Source: an uncultured Planctomycetota bacterium (GTDB lineage: Bacteria > Planctomycetota > Planctomycetia > Isosphaerales > Isosphaeraceae). Taken from it: a stretch of 64,000 bases of DNA. The position numbers and the translations under genes were made by a program. This document shows, one piece after another, positions 52,301 to 64,000 of this stretch. Under the pieces are notes generated by a model that had not been told where the DNA came from, did not search any database, and saw only the letters and a program-made list of their open reading frames with translations. Position 1 is the stretch's first letter, and each line of letters begins with the position of its first letter. Where the stretch lies: positions 1,920,001 through 1,984,000 of the forward strand of contig CAWGMQ010000010.1 of assembly GCA_963823665.1 (NCBI GenBank). The letters are read 5' to 3'.

Positions 52301-54347
52301 GTGGCACCGTAGAAGGCAGAGACCCCGCCGCCGCCGTTGCCCAGCGGCTCGGTCCCATTGGCCCCGACGCCGATCAGGTTGCCTTCGAGCAGGTTGTCGG
52401 AGGTTCCGACGATGTCGACGCCGTCCGACCCGTTGCCCGAGATCACATTGCCGGCCCCGGTGGTCGTTCCGCCGATCGTATTTGAATTGCTGAATATATC
52501 GATCCCGCCGACATAGTAATAACTGAGGAACCCATTGGGGATGCTGACGCTCCCCGTCACGTCGGTCCCGATGTCGTTCCCCTGGACCAGGTTATCACCG
52601 CCGTTCAGGATCAGACCGCCCCAGGTATTGCCCGAGATGAGGTTGCCCGCCCCGGCTTCTGTGCCGCCGATCGTGTTGCCCGAGCTTTGGACCACAACGC
52701 CCTGGTAGTTAGCCAGGGCCGCGTTCCCGGCGGCGCTGGTGCCGATGATGTTCCCCTGGAGCAGGTTGTTGTTGCTGGAGACGACGATTCCGGCGCTGTT
52801 GCTGCTGCTGCTGCCCGAAACGACGTTGCCCGCGCCGGCCGTGGTGCCCCCGATCGTGTTAGACGACGATGCGACGACGATCCCCTCAATATTGGGAATG
52901 CTCTGCGTCCCGGTAATATCGGTGCCGATCAGGTTCCCCTGCACGAGGTTGTTGCCGTTCGCGGAGAGGTAGAGCGCGCAGCTATCGATGCCCGATGAGC
53001 TGCCGTTGCCCGAGATGACATTGCCCGCCCCGGCCTCTGTGCCACCGATCGTGTTGTAGCCGGCACCCCCGGACAACCCAATGCCCTCGTTGCCATTGGG
53101 CAGGCTCTGCGTCCCGGTAATATCCGTTCCAATCATGTTGCCTTGAACGAGGTTGTCCGAACCACCCGACGGCCCCATTGGCGATGTAGGAACCGTTGGT
53201 GATGTCGATGCCGTCGTTGATGTTGCCGGAGATCAGGTTGCCGGAGCCGGGAGTGGTCCCGCCGATCGTGTTGCCCGATGTCTCGACCGACACGCCGGGA
53301 GCGATGCACGAAGCCGGGGCTGCCCGCGTTTCCCGTACCGTTGGGCAAGGCGACGGTTCCGGTAACGTCGGTTCCAATGTAGTTGCCCTGGACCACGGTG
53401 CCGCTACCGCCGCCGCTCATGATGATCCCCGCGTCGATGCTCCCTGAGATGATGTTCCCGGCGCCCGCGACGCTTCCTCCGATGGTGTTACCCGTGCCGG
53501 TCTGGTAGAGCGAGATGCCTTGCCAGTTGCCCAGGCTTTCGGTCCCGGTGGCGTCGGTTCCGACGTAGTTGCCCTCGATGACGTTGCCGTACGCATCGGC
53601 CCCGGTGAGCCAGATGCCGTAGCTCAGAGCACCCGTGGCACCCGTGGAGATGATGTTGCGGTCGGCCGGAGTGGTGCCGCCGATCGTGTTGCTGGAAACC
53701 TCGACTTCGATTCCGGTTCCCTCCTTTTGGTCGGGTACGGCTTGCTCGCCGGTCGCGTCGGTCCCGAGGAAGCAGCCTGTCACCGTGTATCCGCCGTAGG
53801 GGCCGGTTACAGGACCCGACGAGCCGGGGGGGAAATAGAAGCTGTCGAGCTGGAGATCGGTCTGGCAATCGTTGATGGCCAGGCCCTCGACTGTACTGTT
53901 GGTTCCCCCCAGAGAGAGGCCGTTGCCGAGCGAACCGCCTCCGCTGAGCACGATTTCGATGACGGCATTGTCTCCCTGGGCCAGCGTGTTTGGGCTCGAG
54001 CCCGGCTGGCTGTATCCGTTGACGATGACCGGATTGAAGATGCCGCCGTCCGGCCCAAGCATCGTGAACGGGCCCGTGCCCGGAATGTCGAAGTCGATGA
54101 CGTCGGGTGAGCTGCTCGAGTCGGTTGTGTCCGAGCTGACTTGCTGGACGGCCCAGTCGAGCGATCCCGTGCTGCCGTCGTTCACCGGATCGGTGACCGT
54201 GAACGTCTGCGACAGCAATCGCCGGCTCTCGAGGCTGTACACCGGCCCGAGGATCACAGCGCGACGGTGCCGCTTGCCACGTCCAAGCCTGCCACTCTCA
54301 ATTCGCCCTTCGTCCCACCGTGGCTCGACGTGCGTCTGCGATGTCAT
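49317..54347 (-). CDS. Large extracellular beta-helix / Ig-like repeat protein, paralog A; many frameshifts
   Basis: LESRRLLS; repeated GN.ISGN..G.....GN.IGTD.TGT units; cadherin/Big-like DGSFTYVP; ORFs 53133-54353, 51964-53178, 51546-52358, 51122-51697, 50625-50972, 50311-50529, 49317-50279. Confidence 0.85.
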
Positions 54348-54515
54348 GATCAAGACTCCGAAAAAAAGCGGATAATGCAGTGATGAATAAAAATATATTA
54401 GTCAACAGTCATGTCACTTCCGGAGCGTGCTCGGGCTCGCCAAACACAGCCACGCACGGCGGACCACGAGCTCGCCCCGGAAAGTGGTTTCATCGAGGCT
54501 CTTCTGTTCGCTCTG

Positions 54516-57500
54516 TCACAAACGCGAGGCTCCGACTCGCGCTTCTGCCCGCGACACTTGCGCGACGACCTCGGCAAGCACCATGCTCAGCTCACGCCGC
54601 GCAGCCGCCGGCAAACGAACGTCGTGTTTCACGATGTTTCGCAGCGAGAGCCGCACCCTGGACGCGACTACAAGCTTCTGCGCCACCCCTTTGGCGGCGC
54701 GGAGCTCGCGTTTGGCTTGCACCTGTTCGACCGCCAGCGCCGTCAAGACCGAGTCGTCCTGCGTGCTCGGCGCAGCCGGCGCCGCGACGAGGGACAAGCC
54801 GGTCGACTTGACCACAACCGTCGCAGCCGCTCGCGCCGGTGGATCCGTCACGGTCACATCGTTTGAAAAAGCCGACGTGTTGTTGGATGGACTCGTCGCC
54901 GTCGCACTCACGACTTCTCCCGCGGCAAGCAGCAGGCTTGACCGTGAAGCGTGATGCTCGCCACTCCACTGCCGTTGGCCGTCACCGTCTCGGTCCCCAG
55001 ATAAGTCTGCCCCTGGCCGGATCCCGACGGATCGGCGGCCGGGTTGGCGAAAAACTGGATTTCGTAGGTCGCGCTCGGCGATGCGGTGAGCGTCCCCTGC
55101 ACGGCGGTGCTCGAGCTGCTGCTCACCGCCGAGGTAAGCACCGGCGCAACCTGAAGATCGTTCCCGTTGCCGGAAAGCACGATTCCTTGATTGGCGTTGG
55201 CGAAGATCGAGTTGGTCAGGATCGGGTTGCTGACCGCACTGGCGGTAACCGAGACGCCGGTGCCGCCGTTGTAGGCGATGATGTTGCCGTCCTTCGCAAT
55301 CGAGCCGCCGACGCTGTTGCTGACCGCATTATCCTGGATGTGAACACCGTCAGAGCCATTGCCCAGCGGCAGTTTGCCGGTCGCGTCGGTGCCGATGTCA
55401 TTCCCCTCGACCAGGATGCCCTCGGAGCTGCGCTCGATGACCAGGCCATACTGGTTGTTCCCGGAGATCACGTTCGCGCGCCGCGGCCGTCGTGCCGCCG
55501 ACGATGTCTCCCAGAGTGCCCAGCTCGATTCCGTCCTGATTGTTCGACAGGGCAACCGTGCCGGTGCTGTCCGTGCCGATGTCATTGCCTTCGATCGTGT
55601 TGAAACCGACCGAGCCGGAATAGACGCCGTCCGAGATGCCGTCGCGGCCGTTGCCGGAGATCACGTTGCCGTCGCCCGCGGCCGTCCCGCCCACGGTGTT
55701 GTCCGCCCCGCCCAGGACGACGCCGTCGAATTGATTGCCGATCGCCTTGAAGCCACGCGGATCGGTGCCGATGTAGTTGCCTTGGATCGCCACGCCCATG
55801 GCCGAGTTCTGGAGGTAGACGCCGGCCTGGTTGCCCGAGATGACGTTGGCGTCGGCGGCTTTGGGGCCGCCGATAAGTGTGCCGGAACCGTAGTCAACCT
55901 CGACGCCGTTGTTGCTGTTGCCCAGCGCGACGATACCGGTGGCATCGACGCCGATGAAGTTCCCCTGGATGACGGTGGAGAGCGATCCCGGTCCGTTGTC
56001 GGAAGAGGAGACCTGGACGCCGTCGTTGCCGTTGCCCGAGATCAGGTTGCCTGCGCCGGAAGCGCTGCCGCCGATCGTGTTCTGGGGTGCGTCGTCGAGG
56101 ACCACACCACCGCCATTGTTGCCGAGGCGGTTGCTGCCGGTGATGTCGGTGCCGATGTAGTTGCCGTCGACGAGGTTGCCCGAAGCCCCGTCGTCGAGCA
56201 GTACGCCCTGGTTGTTGTTGCCGGAGATCACGTTCCGCAGCGCAGGCTTGGCGCCGCCGATCACGTTGCCGGAGGTCTGGACCTCGATGCCGGTCTGATT
56301 GTTGTAGCCCTGCGCGGTTCCCGTCGGGTTGGTGCCCAGGAAGTTGCCGGTGATCGGTGTTGGCGCCCGGCGCCGGAGATCAGGATGCCGTCGTTGAAGT
56401 GCGTGATCGAAAGGCCCTCGACGGTGCTGCCGCCGCCGGTGAGGACCAGCCCGTCGGCTCCGCTTGCACTCGACCCGTCAATCTGGATCTCGATGACGGC
56501 GTTGTCGCCGGTCGAGAGGGAGTTGGTGTGTGCGCCGGGCTGGCTGTAGCCGTTGATGATCGTCGCATGCGCGACGGCCGGAAGCGGCGAGGCCGGGACG
56601 ATATCGAACGGCCCGGTGCCGGGAATCTTGAAGAGGATGGTGTCCGGGCCCCGCGCTGTTGGAAGCGGCGGCCAACTGCGAGCGCCGGCTCGCAGCGATC
56701 CGGGCCCGCTGTCGTTGGTGTTGGTGACATAGAGTGTCGTGGGATTGACCGAGATCGACACCGTGGCGACGTTCGAGGTCACGCTTCCTTGCACGTCCTC
56801 GTACGTGAACGAATCGGGTCCGAGGTAGTTCGCCGTCGGGTACATACGTGAATGACCCGTCCGATTTCAAGGTCAGTGTACCGTGTGCCGGCGATGACTC
56901 GACCACCGACGTGAACGGCTGGCCGTTGGCCGCGATGTCATTGGCCTGGACGCCCGGCGCCGCGACGGTGAGCGTCGTGTTCTCGTCGGTGTTGTAGCTG
57001 TCATTCACTGCTTCCAGTGGCGAGGTCAAAGCGATGACCGTGACATCCTGTGCAAATTCCGAGGTGTCGCCGGTGGAATCCGTCGCCGTGGCCGAGATCG
57101 CGTCGCCTGCGTTGATCACGGTGCTCGACGCTCGACGAGAAGCTCGCGTTTCCGCTGCGCGTCTGTCGTCACCGATATCGTCCCGATCAGCGTTTTTCCT
57201 GGGCCGTATCCGGTCGGGTCGGCCGTCGGGTTGTCGAACAACTGAATCGTGTATGTCGAGTTGGCCGCGCTGTTGAGCGTGCCGGTGATGACAGTCGAGC
57301 CCCCGAAAGTCAGAGCGTGAGCGAGCACCGGGAAGTTCTGGTAATTGTTCGGTCCCGAGATCGGCCCGCCGGGATGATTGAGCGTCACGCCGTTGTTGCC
57401 GAGGTCGATGCCGATCCCGCCGTTGGAGAAGATCGAGTTGCTGAGGATGGTCACGCCCGTCGAGCCGTTCTCGACGATGACGCCGGGCTGGCCCGACAGA

Positions 57501-58676
57501 TCCGTTGAACGCGATCACGTTGCTCTGCCCGGCGCCGGTGCCGCCGATCTCGACTCCGCTGCTGTTGGCATCAATGCCCGGTCCGCGATTGCCCAGCGCC
57601 AGCGTGCCGGTCACGTCGGTGCCGATGTCGTTTCCTTGAATGACGATGCCCGTGTCCTGCGGATGCACGCCTCCGGCGCCGTTGTCCGAGATGACGTTAT
57701 TGAGAATCAACGTTCCGGACGAGTCGGTCTCGATCCCCCAGCCGCTATTACCCATCGCGACCGTGCCCGTGGCATCGGTCCCGATAAAGTTTCCCTCGAT
57801 GACGTTGTCCGGCGACGCATCGTCAAAGATCTCGATGCCCTGTCCGTTGTTGTTGGCGATCACATTGCCGGCGCCGGCGGCCGTGCCGCCGATCGTGTTG
57901 TCCGACGCGTTGGCGAAGATGTCGATGCCGTTGGCGTTGTTGCCCAGGCTCTGCGTGCCGGTGACATCCGTGCCGATGTAATTGCCCTCGACCAGAACGC
58001 CCGTGTTCGTGCCGAAAATGAAGTGAATGCCCTTGGCGCCATTGGCCGAGATGATGTTCCGCGTCTGGGCCGTCGTTCCGCCGATCGTGTCGTTCGACGT
58101 CGTGCCCAGCGTGATCCCGTCGCCGTTGTTCCCCTCGGCCTGCGTGCCCGTGCTGTCGGTCCCGATGTAGTTGCCGTCGATCAGGTCGTCATTCCCCTGG
58201 TCGATCTGGATGCCGTTGCCGTTGAACTGGTCGATGATCAGGCCCTGGATCGTCACGTTGCCGACCTCGAGCTGGAGGCCATTGCTGCCGCCGCCGGCTT
58301 GGCTGCCGTTCAGCTCGACGAGCGGTTGGCCCGAGTAGCCCGGCTGGCTCGTGCCGTCGATGGTCACCGAGTTCGTGATCTCCGGCAGTGCCGACGTGGG
58401 CTGAATGACGTAGGGCGCAGTTCCCGGCAGATCGAAGTCGATCACGTCCGGCGTCGTGTCATTGTCGACCTGCTGGATGATCGAGCGCAACGTCCCCGAA
58501 CCGCCGTCGTCGCTCGGGTCGGTGACCGTGTAGACCGAGAGCAGACATCGCTCCTCGAGCATCGTGAAGCCGGTCGCAGCAAACCGTCGCCGCCGCCGAA
58601 GGAGACCACGTCTGGTCCTGCTGCTGCCGTTCCACTCTGCCCGCGGCGCACAATCCCCACGAGGTGTCATCGACAT
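54516..58676 (-). CDS. Large extracellular beta-helix / Ig-like repeat protein, paralog B; many frameshifts
   Basis: LEERCLLS; the same repeat units; ORFs 56478-58676, 57116-57454, 56261-56845, 55398-56264, 54908-55585, 54516-54911. Confidence 0.85.
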
Positions 58677-59105
58677 GGTGCCAATCTCCCAAGATAGTAA
58701 TAATAAAAGCGTGATGTAACCACACTCAAATGCGTACTTGCATTGAGTGTTCGCAGCTTCCTCGGGCCGAGGGGTTTGCTGCGCGATGCATTCTCGATCG
58801 CCTGGGTCAGTGTTCCCCGCCGGTCAATCTCGGGGAGCGTGATAAAAAAGCAGAATGAAAGAGAATAGATTCTGAGCCGATCGAGTGCCCGGTGCGTTTC
58901 TCGACGTTTTCCTGGAAAAACACCGCGTAGCCGTGCTGTCATGCGGCACGTTCGCCGTGCTTCTGTGTTGATAGGCGCCGAACCGGTGAGAAATGGCGCG
59001 AACGGATTTCTCGCTCAACACCATCTGAGAGCGGGGAGAGCTTCGGCACCGTTCTGCCGCGGGAACACACACCTCCCGTCGTCGCGAGGCCGGAAACGAA
59101 TGCCG

Positions 59106-59492
59106 TTACGTCTCTTCCCCGCAAGCCCGCCGCGCATCCCGCTCGAAATGATTGTCCAGATAGTAATCCCCACCGCGCCACCAAGCCATCACGCTCGCGA
59201 GCAAATACGCTGGAATAAAAAGGACCCCCCAGCGTTCGACCTGCCGCACGTGCGCTTGCTCGTGATCGCGGCATTCCTCGAGGCAGCAAGGGTCCTGGCC
59301 GATGATCACGTGTCCCAGCGTCATTGCCGAGAAACGGCAGAGCTTGCCTAACCAACGCGCGAATCCGCCATGGAATTCAACCGCCCCGCGGCGAACCTGC
59401 ACCCGGCCGCCCGTGCATAAGGTCAGCACTCCGGCGAGCACCCCGACGAACGTGGTGGGAGCGGCCCAGATATAACGAAGGAACGTCAGCAC
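59106..59492 (-). CDS. Small protein with an HExxH zinc-metallopeptidase-like motif
   Basis: YIWAAPT, AMTLGHVI, HEQAHVRQVERWG, YLDNHFERDA; AGGAG followed by GTG at 59492. Confidence 0.75.
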   Translation of the reverse strand: MLTFLRYIWAAPTTFVGVLAGVLTLCTGGRVQVRRGAVEFHGGFARWLGKLCRFSAMTLGHVIIGQDPCCLEECRDHEQAHVRQVERWGVLFIPAYLLASVMAWWRGGDYYLDNHFERDARRACGEET

Positions 59493-59676
59493 AAGCGAGG
59501 CTCCTGGCGCGGTAACGAACAAAACGGGCATGCACAACCGGAAACTCGCTTGCAACGGTGGATGACTGCCCTCTGGCTTTGTCGCGACCGCTCGGGTATC
59601 TAAAAGCAATTCTATTCTAGCGAGGCTGGATACTTCCTCTATTGGCGGCGACGTTGTCGCGCCGGAGACCGAGCGC

Positions 59677-61140
59677 ATGAATCCGCGTCGATTGTTCGTG
59701 GCCAGTTGCATTGCCCTCGTCGCCTCGGCGTTTTCGTTTGTGACCCGTGGCGACATCCTTCCGGCGCTGGGTTCTACTTTCGCGCTTAACCAGGAGAGCC
59801 GCGGCGCCATCTCGGGGGCGGCATTCCTGGGAATGGCCATCTCGATGCTCATCGGCGCACCGATTTGTGACGCCCTTGGGCTCAAGCGGATGCTGGGGCT
59901 CGCGTTCCTTTGCCACATCGGCGGCAGTATCTTGACCGTTGGGTCACCTTACTTCGTCCCGAGCGGGGGCTCTTCGATCGCGTTCTACGTGCTGTGGGCA
60001 GCGATGTTTCTGGTTGGTTGCGCGAACGGCTTCGTCGAGATCGGCATCAATCCGCTCACGACGACAATCTACTCCACGGAAAAGACGCATATGCTCAACG
60101 TCCTCCATGCATGGTGGCCGGGAGGACTGTTCCTGGGCGGGTTCCTGGCATCGATCCTGATTAACAAGATCATGGGATTGCCCGCGGACGGGATCGCCTT
60201 GGTCGGCGACAAGACGGACGCAGTCGACGCCGGCAAAACCCTGTTCGGCTGGCAGCTCAAGGCGGGCTTGGTGTTCATTCCCACGCTGATCTACGGCGCG
60301 ATGTTCATCTTCGAGAAGTTTCCAGCCACAGAGCGGGTGCAGGCTGGCATCTCGTCGCGGTCGATGTACATGGAGATCTTCCGTCCCATGTTCATCCTCT
60401 GGGCGATCTGCATGCTCATGACGGCCTCCGTGGAGCTCGGGCCGCAGCAGTGGCAGAACTCGGTGCTCACAAAGACCTCCGGTGTCAGCGGAACATTCAT
60501 CCTCATGTATACGAGCGCGATCATGTTCACGCTCCGGCATTTCGCGGGTCCGATCGCGCACAAGCTCTCGCCCGTGGGAATGCTCACCGTCTCGGCTGCA
60601 TTGACGGCGGTTGGACTGTACTTGCTCAGCTTCGCCGACAGTACCGTGACGGCCTTCGCCTATGCCACGATCTATGGTCTCGGCATCGTTTATTTCTGGC
60701 CAACAATGCTGGGCGTGACCGCGGAGCGGTTCCCGAAGGGCGGAGCATTCTTGCTGGGACTCATGGGCTGTGTGGGCAACCTGGCGGTCGCCCTCATCCT
60801 GCCGGTGATGGGCGGATTTTACGACAAGGGCACGCTCGAATCACTTCCCAACGATCTGCGCGGCCAGGTACTCGCCACGTCAGCGCAGGTGCCGCCGCCG
60901 CCGCTGAGACACTCGACGCGTCGAAACTCGAGAAACTCGAGAAGGCGCATCCGCAGGAGGTGAAGGTCGCCGTGATCGAAGGGGCGCGATGAAGCGTTCC
61001 GGAAAGTGTCCGTGCTCGCGGTGATTCTCATTGTGATCTTCGCCGCGATCGCGACCTCCGATCGGTTGCGCGGCGGCTATCAGCCCGAAAAACTTCCCGA
61101 GAAGGAATTCACAGCCTCTGAGCTCGCGTCGGATTTCTAG
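59677..61140 (+). CDS. MFS transporter (probably sugar); frameshifts near 60900 and 60985
   Basis: Many TM helices, CDALGLKR, EKT..LN.LHAWWPGG, WPTMLG...ERFPKGG; last TM in the shifted frame ends at TAG 61138-40. Confidence 0.9.
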
Positions 61141-61198
61141 CTGTTGTCACAATCTCCGGACAGACACGAACGGCCTTGTCCCAGCACGACCCAGTCCC

Positions 61199-62693
61199 TT
61201 GATCGACTCAGGTGAGCCCAATCCCCACGCCGTCAATTCCTTGCCGCCGATTGTCGCGCGCGCTCGGAGCGAGCCTCCGCCCCCGCCGATGCCCTGGTAC
61301 CGCGGTATTGCGCCGGCCTACCTGACCCTGTTCATCTGGGCCCCGTTCTTCGATCAACTCTGGGCCGCCGATGTGCACCGCGCCGGGCCGCTCTTGCTCT
61401 CTGGCACGCGCGATTCTCGGAGCGATTCTTTGTTTCGGAATGTACTTCCTGGCCGCATCGTGGGGGTGGCTTGCCCGTCGCCCGCTCGTGGTGGTCGCTT
61501 CCTCGACCTTCGGGGCAGCCGGATCCGAATGGATCTGTGGGCTCGCCGTTGCCTTCGCCGGTCTGGTCTGGTACGCCCTCGCGATCAACTTCGCCGTCGA
61601 TTCCACGCTCTTGGGCTTGCGGGCCTGTACCCTGCTCGCGCCATCCGGCGTCGCCCATTGGACGGTCGGACCGCTCGATATCAAGAGCCCGGTCTTCCTC
61701 GCCACGGCCGTATTCTGGATCTACATCACCCGCCAAGCCATCCGGATGCGGCTTCCCGGCGTCGTGGTTGGCTTGATGAAAGTGTATTCACCCATTGCCG
61801 TGATATTACTCATCGCCACTACGGCGTGGCGCTTGCCCACTCTCTGGGCGGGCGATGGCGGCCCGGGAACCGCTGCCCTGCTCATCTCGCCGCCGGTCCA
61901 AACGCAACCGGAGTTCGGTGCCCTCTCGATCATGCTCGGCTTCTTCGCGATGAGCGCGCTCCTGAGCGTCGACTGGGGCGCGGCTGTAAAGAACCGAGCC
62001 GACATCTTGCGGGCGGGCCTTCCGTGTGTTCTCGTTACCGCCGCGTCAAGCTCGATCATGTCGCTCCTGGTCGTCCTGCAAACGGTGAGGTCGTTGTCGG
62101 CGCGCGGCACATCCCTTTCGACGAGCCCGCTCGACCCGATGCCGTTTTCCTTTCGCTGGGCCCTGTTCGAGGGCCGGGAGACTTTCCCGCCCGGCGCGGC
62201 CGCGGCCATCCTCATCCTGTTCGGCCTCGCCGCGCTCGCGGCTGCTGTTTCCTCGTTGAACAAGCTCAGCGAAGGGGTTTCAACTCACTGGCCGGTTTGG
62301 ACCCCGCGCCTGGCCACAATCCCCGCCGGTGTGGCCGCCCTGTGCTTGATGGCGACCGGCCTGGTTGACCGCCTCGGTCCGATCTTCATCGCCATGGGAT
62401 CGCTCTTCGCTCCCGCACTCGGAGCGCTTGCCGGCGACCTGGCGGCAAAGACCAAGCACGGATTTGCACTCCGCACCGGATTCAATCCCGCCGGCGTTCT
62501 CGCCTGGGCCGCCGGATGCGCGGTAGCCTTCGGCATGAGCGCCGTTGCCTGGCGTCAAAGCGATCACTCGTTCTGGCTCGAGCAAGGGTCGCTCTGCGGG
62601 TTCCTTGTCGCGGCGATCGTCTACCGGCTGCTTGCCGCAATGGCCTTCGAGCGTCCCGCAGTCTCGGAAGGCGCGAACGAGATCGTCCGCTAG
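61199..62693 (+). CDS. NCS1 / purine-cytosine permease-like membrane protein; frameshift near 61405
   Basis: PWYRGIAPAY, STFGAAGS, LVWYA, VDWG, GALAGD, GFNPAGVLAW. Confidence 0.7.
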
Positions 62694-62742
62694 ATCACGA
62701 TCGCAATCGGACGCACCGGCGCGTGAGAATGCCCGCTCGCGC

Positions 62743-64000
62743 TCAACCCGCGGATTCGACGCCCGGGATCCACGCGCCTGAGCTTCGGGCATGGCGGAGC
62801 ACCGGCTCTGGGCTCTTGAAACCCATGAGCGCCGCGCGGTCCCAGTTGATCAGCAGCCGTCGCGCGACGATGCGCGCCGACAGGTCCGATCCCAGCGGCG
62901 AGAAATGGCGGTCGCCCATCAAGTGCAGATTGAAGAGAGGATCGCGCATCGGTTCGCGCTTGCGTTCTGCTTCGTTCTGAAGCCGCAGCAGCGTGTCTGT
63001 AAACGCCGGCACCAGGTCCACGTAACTCGGCGCGCCGTAGTGCACAATTCGACTGAATTGACCCTGGAATCGGTCGCCACTCTTCGGCCCCAGAATCGCA
63101 AACTCGTCAGCGCAAGGCACAACCAGAAACTGCCAGGCCCGCGACCGGCAAAGATCCGCGATCCGAGTCAGCCAGTATTCGCCCTCCCGCCAGCTTGCTG
63201 GGTCGTCCAGGTCGGCGAAGTCGTTCTGGCTCACGCTGATGACGACGTACTGTGGCTGAAACCGGTCGCCAACCGCGCGGAGGGTTTGATCGTACTGCTC
63301 GAGGGAATAGCCGATGTGGCCCGTGTTGAGAACCGAGACCCGAGTCTCGAGCGCCCGCGCGAGATATGCTTCCAGCTTCGCCGGCGGGGCATCCTGATCG
63401 CCGATCAGGGCACCCTGCATCATCGAGTCGCCCAGCACCACCACACGCACCAGTGCGGTTTGATCAGGCTCGGGCCCACGACAACCCCATGAGTTGGTGG
63501 TTTGCAGCGATTCGGGCACGATCAAGCCACCGGCGACCTTGGCCCGGTCGCGGACTTCGGGAGTGTCGGGCACGAGGAACATTGCGAGACTTGTGGAGAG
63601 CGAGATCCCGATCACCCAGACTGAGCGGACGCCAGGCTTGAGCCGGTACGCCCGGTCGTCGTCCGGCTCGAAGACGGCCGACGAGAGCACGATCGAGCGA
63701 TTGACGTTTCCCCAGCGAATAACGGCCGAGCTTGCGTCCATTCCCGCGGCTTGCAGGAACTGTTCCATAGCCGACCCGGGCGTCGTCATCTTTGCAAGTG
63801 TCTGCCTTGCGCTGGCTGCATTTCGGAGCCGTTCCGCAAGCACTTGCTCACGGCTGGACACGGGATCATAAGGCACTCCGGCGATTCGATCGAGCAGCGC
63901 CCGCGCTCGCCGCTTCGAGGCCAGTGCAGCTTCGCGTCCCGAGGGCGTGCCGGCGATGAGCCCGATGAGCAAGAGCGCGGTGGTCGCGGCGATCACTCGC
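62743..64000 (-). CDS. SGNH/GDSL hydrolase-family protein, 5' end outside the window
   Basis: TNSWGCRG, VVVLGDSMMQG, LNTGHIGY, ND, GDRHF. Confidence 0.85.
   Translation of the reverse strand, partial: RVIAATTALLLIGLIAGTPSGREAALASKRRARALLDRIAGVPYDPVSSREQVLAERLRNAASARQTLAKMTTPGSAMEQFLQAAGMDASSAVIRWGNVNRSIVLSSAVFEPDDDRAYRLKPGVRSVWVIGISLSTSLAMFLVPDTPEVRDRAKVAGGLIVPESLQTTNSWGCRGPEPDQTALVRVVVLGDSMMQGALIGDQDAPPAKLEAYLARALETRVSVLNTGHIGYSLEQYDQTLRAVGDRFQPQYVVISVSQNDFADLDDPASWREGEYWLTRIADLCRSRAWQFLVVPCADEFAILGPKSGDRFQGQFSRIVHYGAPSYVDLVPAFTDTLLRLQNEAERKREPMRDPLFNLHLMGDRHFSPLGSDLSARIVARRLLINWDRAALMGFKSPEPVLRHARSSGAWIPGVESAG

Noticed and set aside
58750..58800. c-di-GMP riboswitch upstream of paralog B
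   Set aside because: GCAAAC is present on the minus strand but the GNRA tetraloop and the rest of the consensus are missing

Overview
High-GC bacterial DNA with clear Planctomycetota hallmarks, most like Isosphaeraceae (Singulisphaera/Paludisphaera-type): DUF1501, DUF1559/H-X9-DG, 'LExRxLL' extracellular giants, an ECF-WD40 sigma factor and Ser/Thr kinases. Many genes, including gnd, are split by single-base frameshifts, most likely uncorrected long-read errors, so split ORFs are merged below. Main content: a ferredoxin; an ~11.4 kb giant surface protein with an S8/S53-like protease domain; a DapA-like + DHODH-like operon; DUF1501; an accessory zone at 17-26 kb (direct repeats, a MITE-interrupted retropepsin gene, a HicB-like RHH module, an LRR protein, duplicated pseudogenes); an S55 peptidase/beta-propeller/DUF1559 operon; a small low-GC island of short ORFs; two kinases around gnd and a HAD hydrolase; an alpha/beta-hydrolase + PmtA/OlsG-type methyltransferase + GH3 acyl-amido synthetase operon facing an acyl carrier protein (best candidate for a novel aminolipid pathway); a Wza-like lipoprotein; a heme c/copper monooxygenase; two tandem paralogous beta-helix giants; MFS and NCS1-like transporters; and a partial SGNH protein. 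I found no rRNA, tRNA, CRISPR array, transposase, integrase or reverse transcriptase by eye. Family names come from motif recognition only; no database searches were run.
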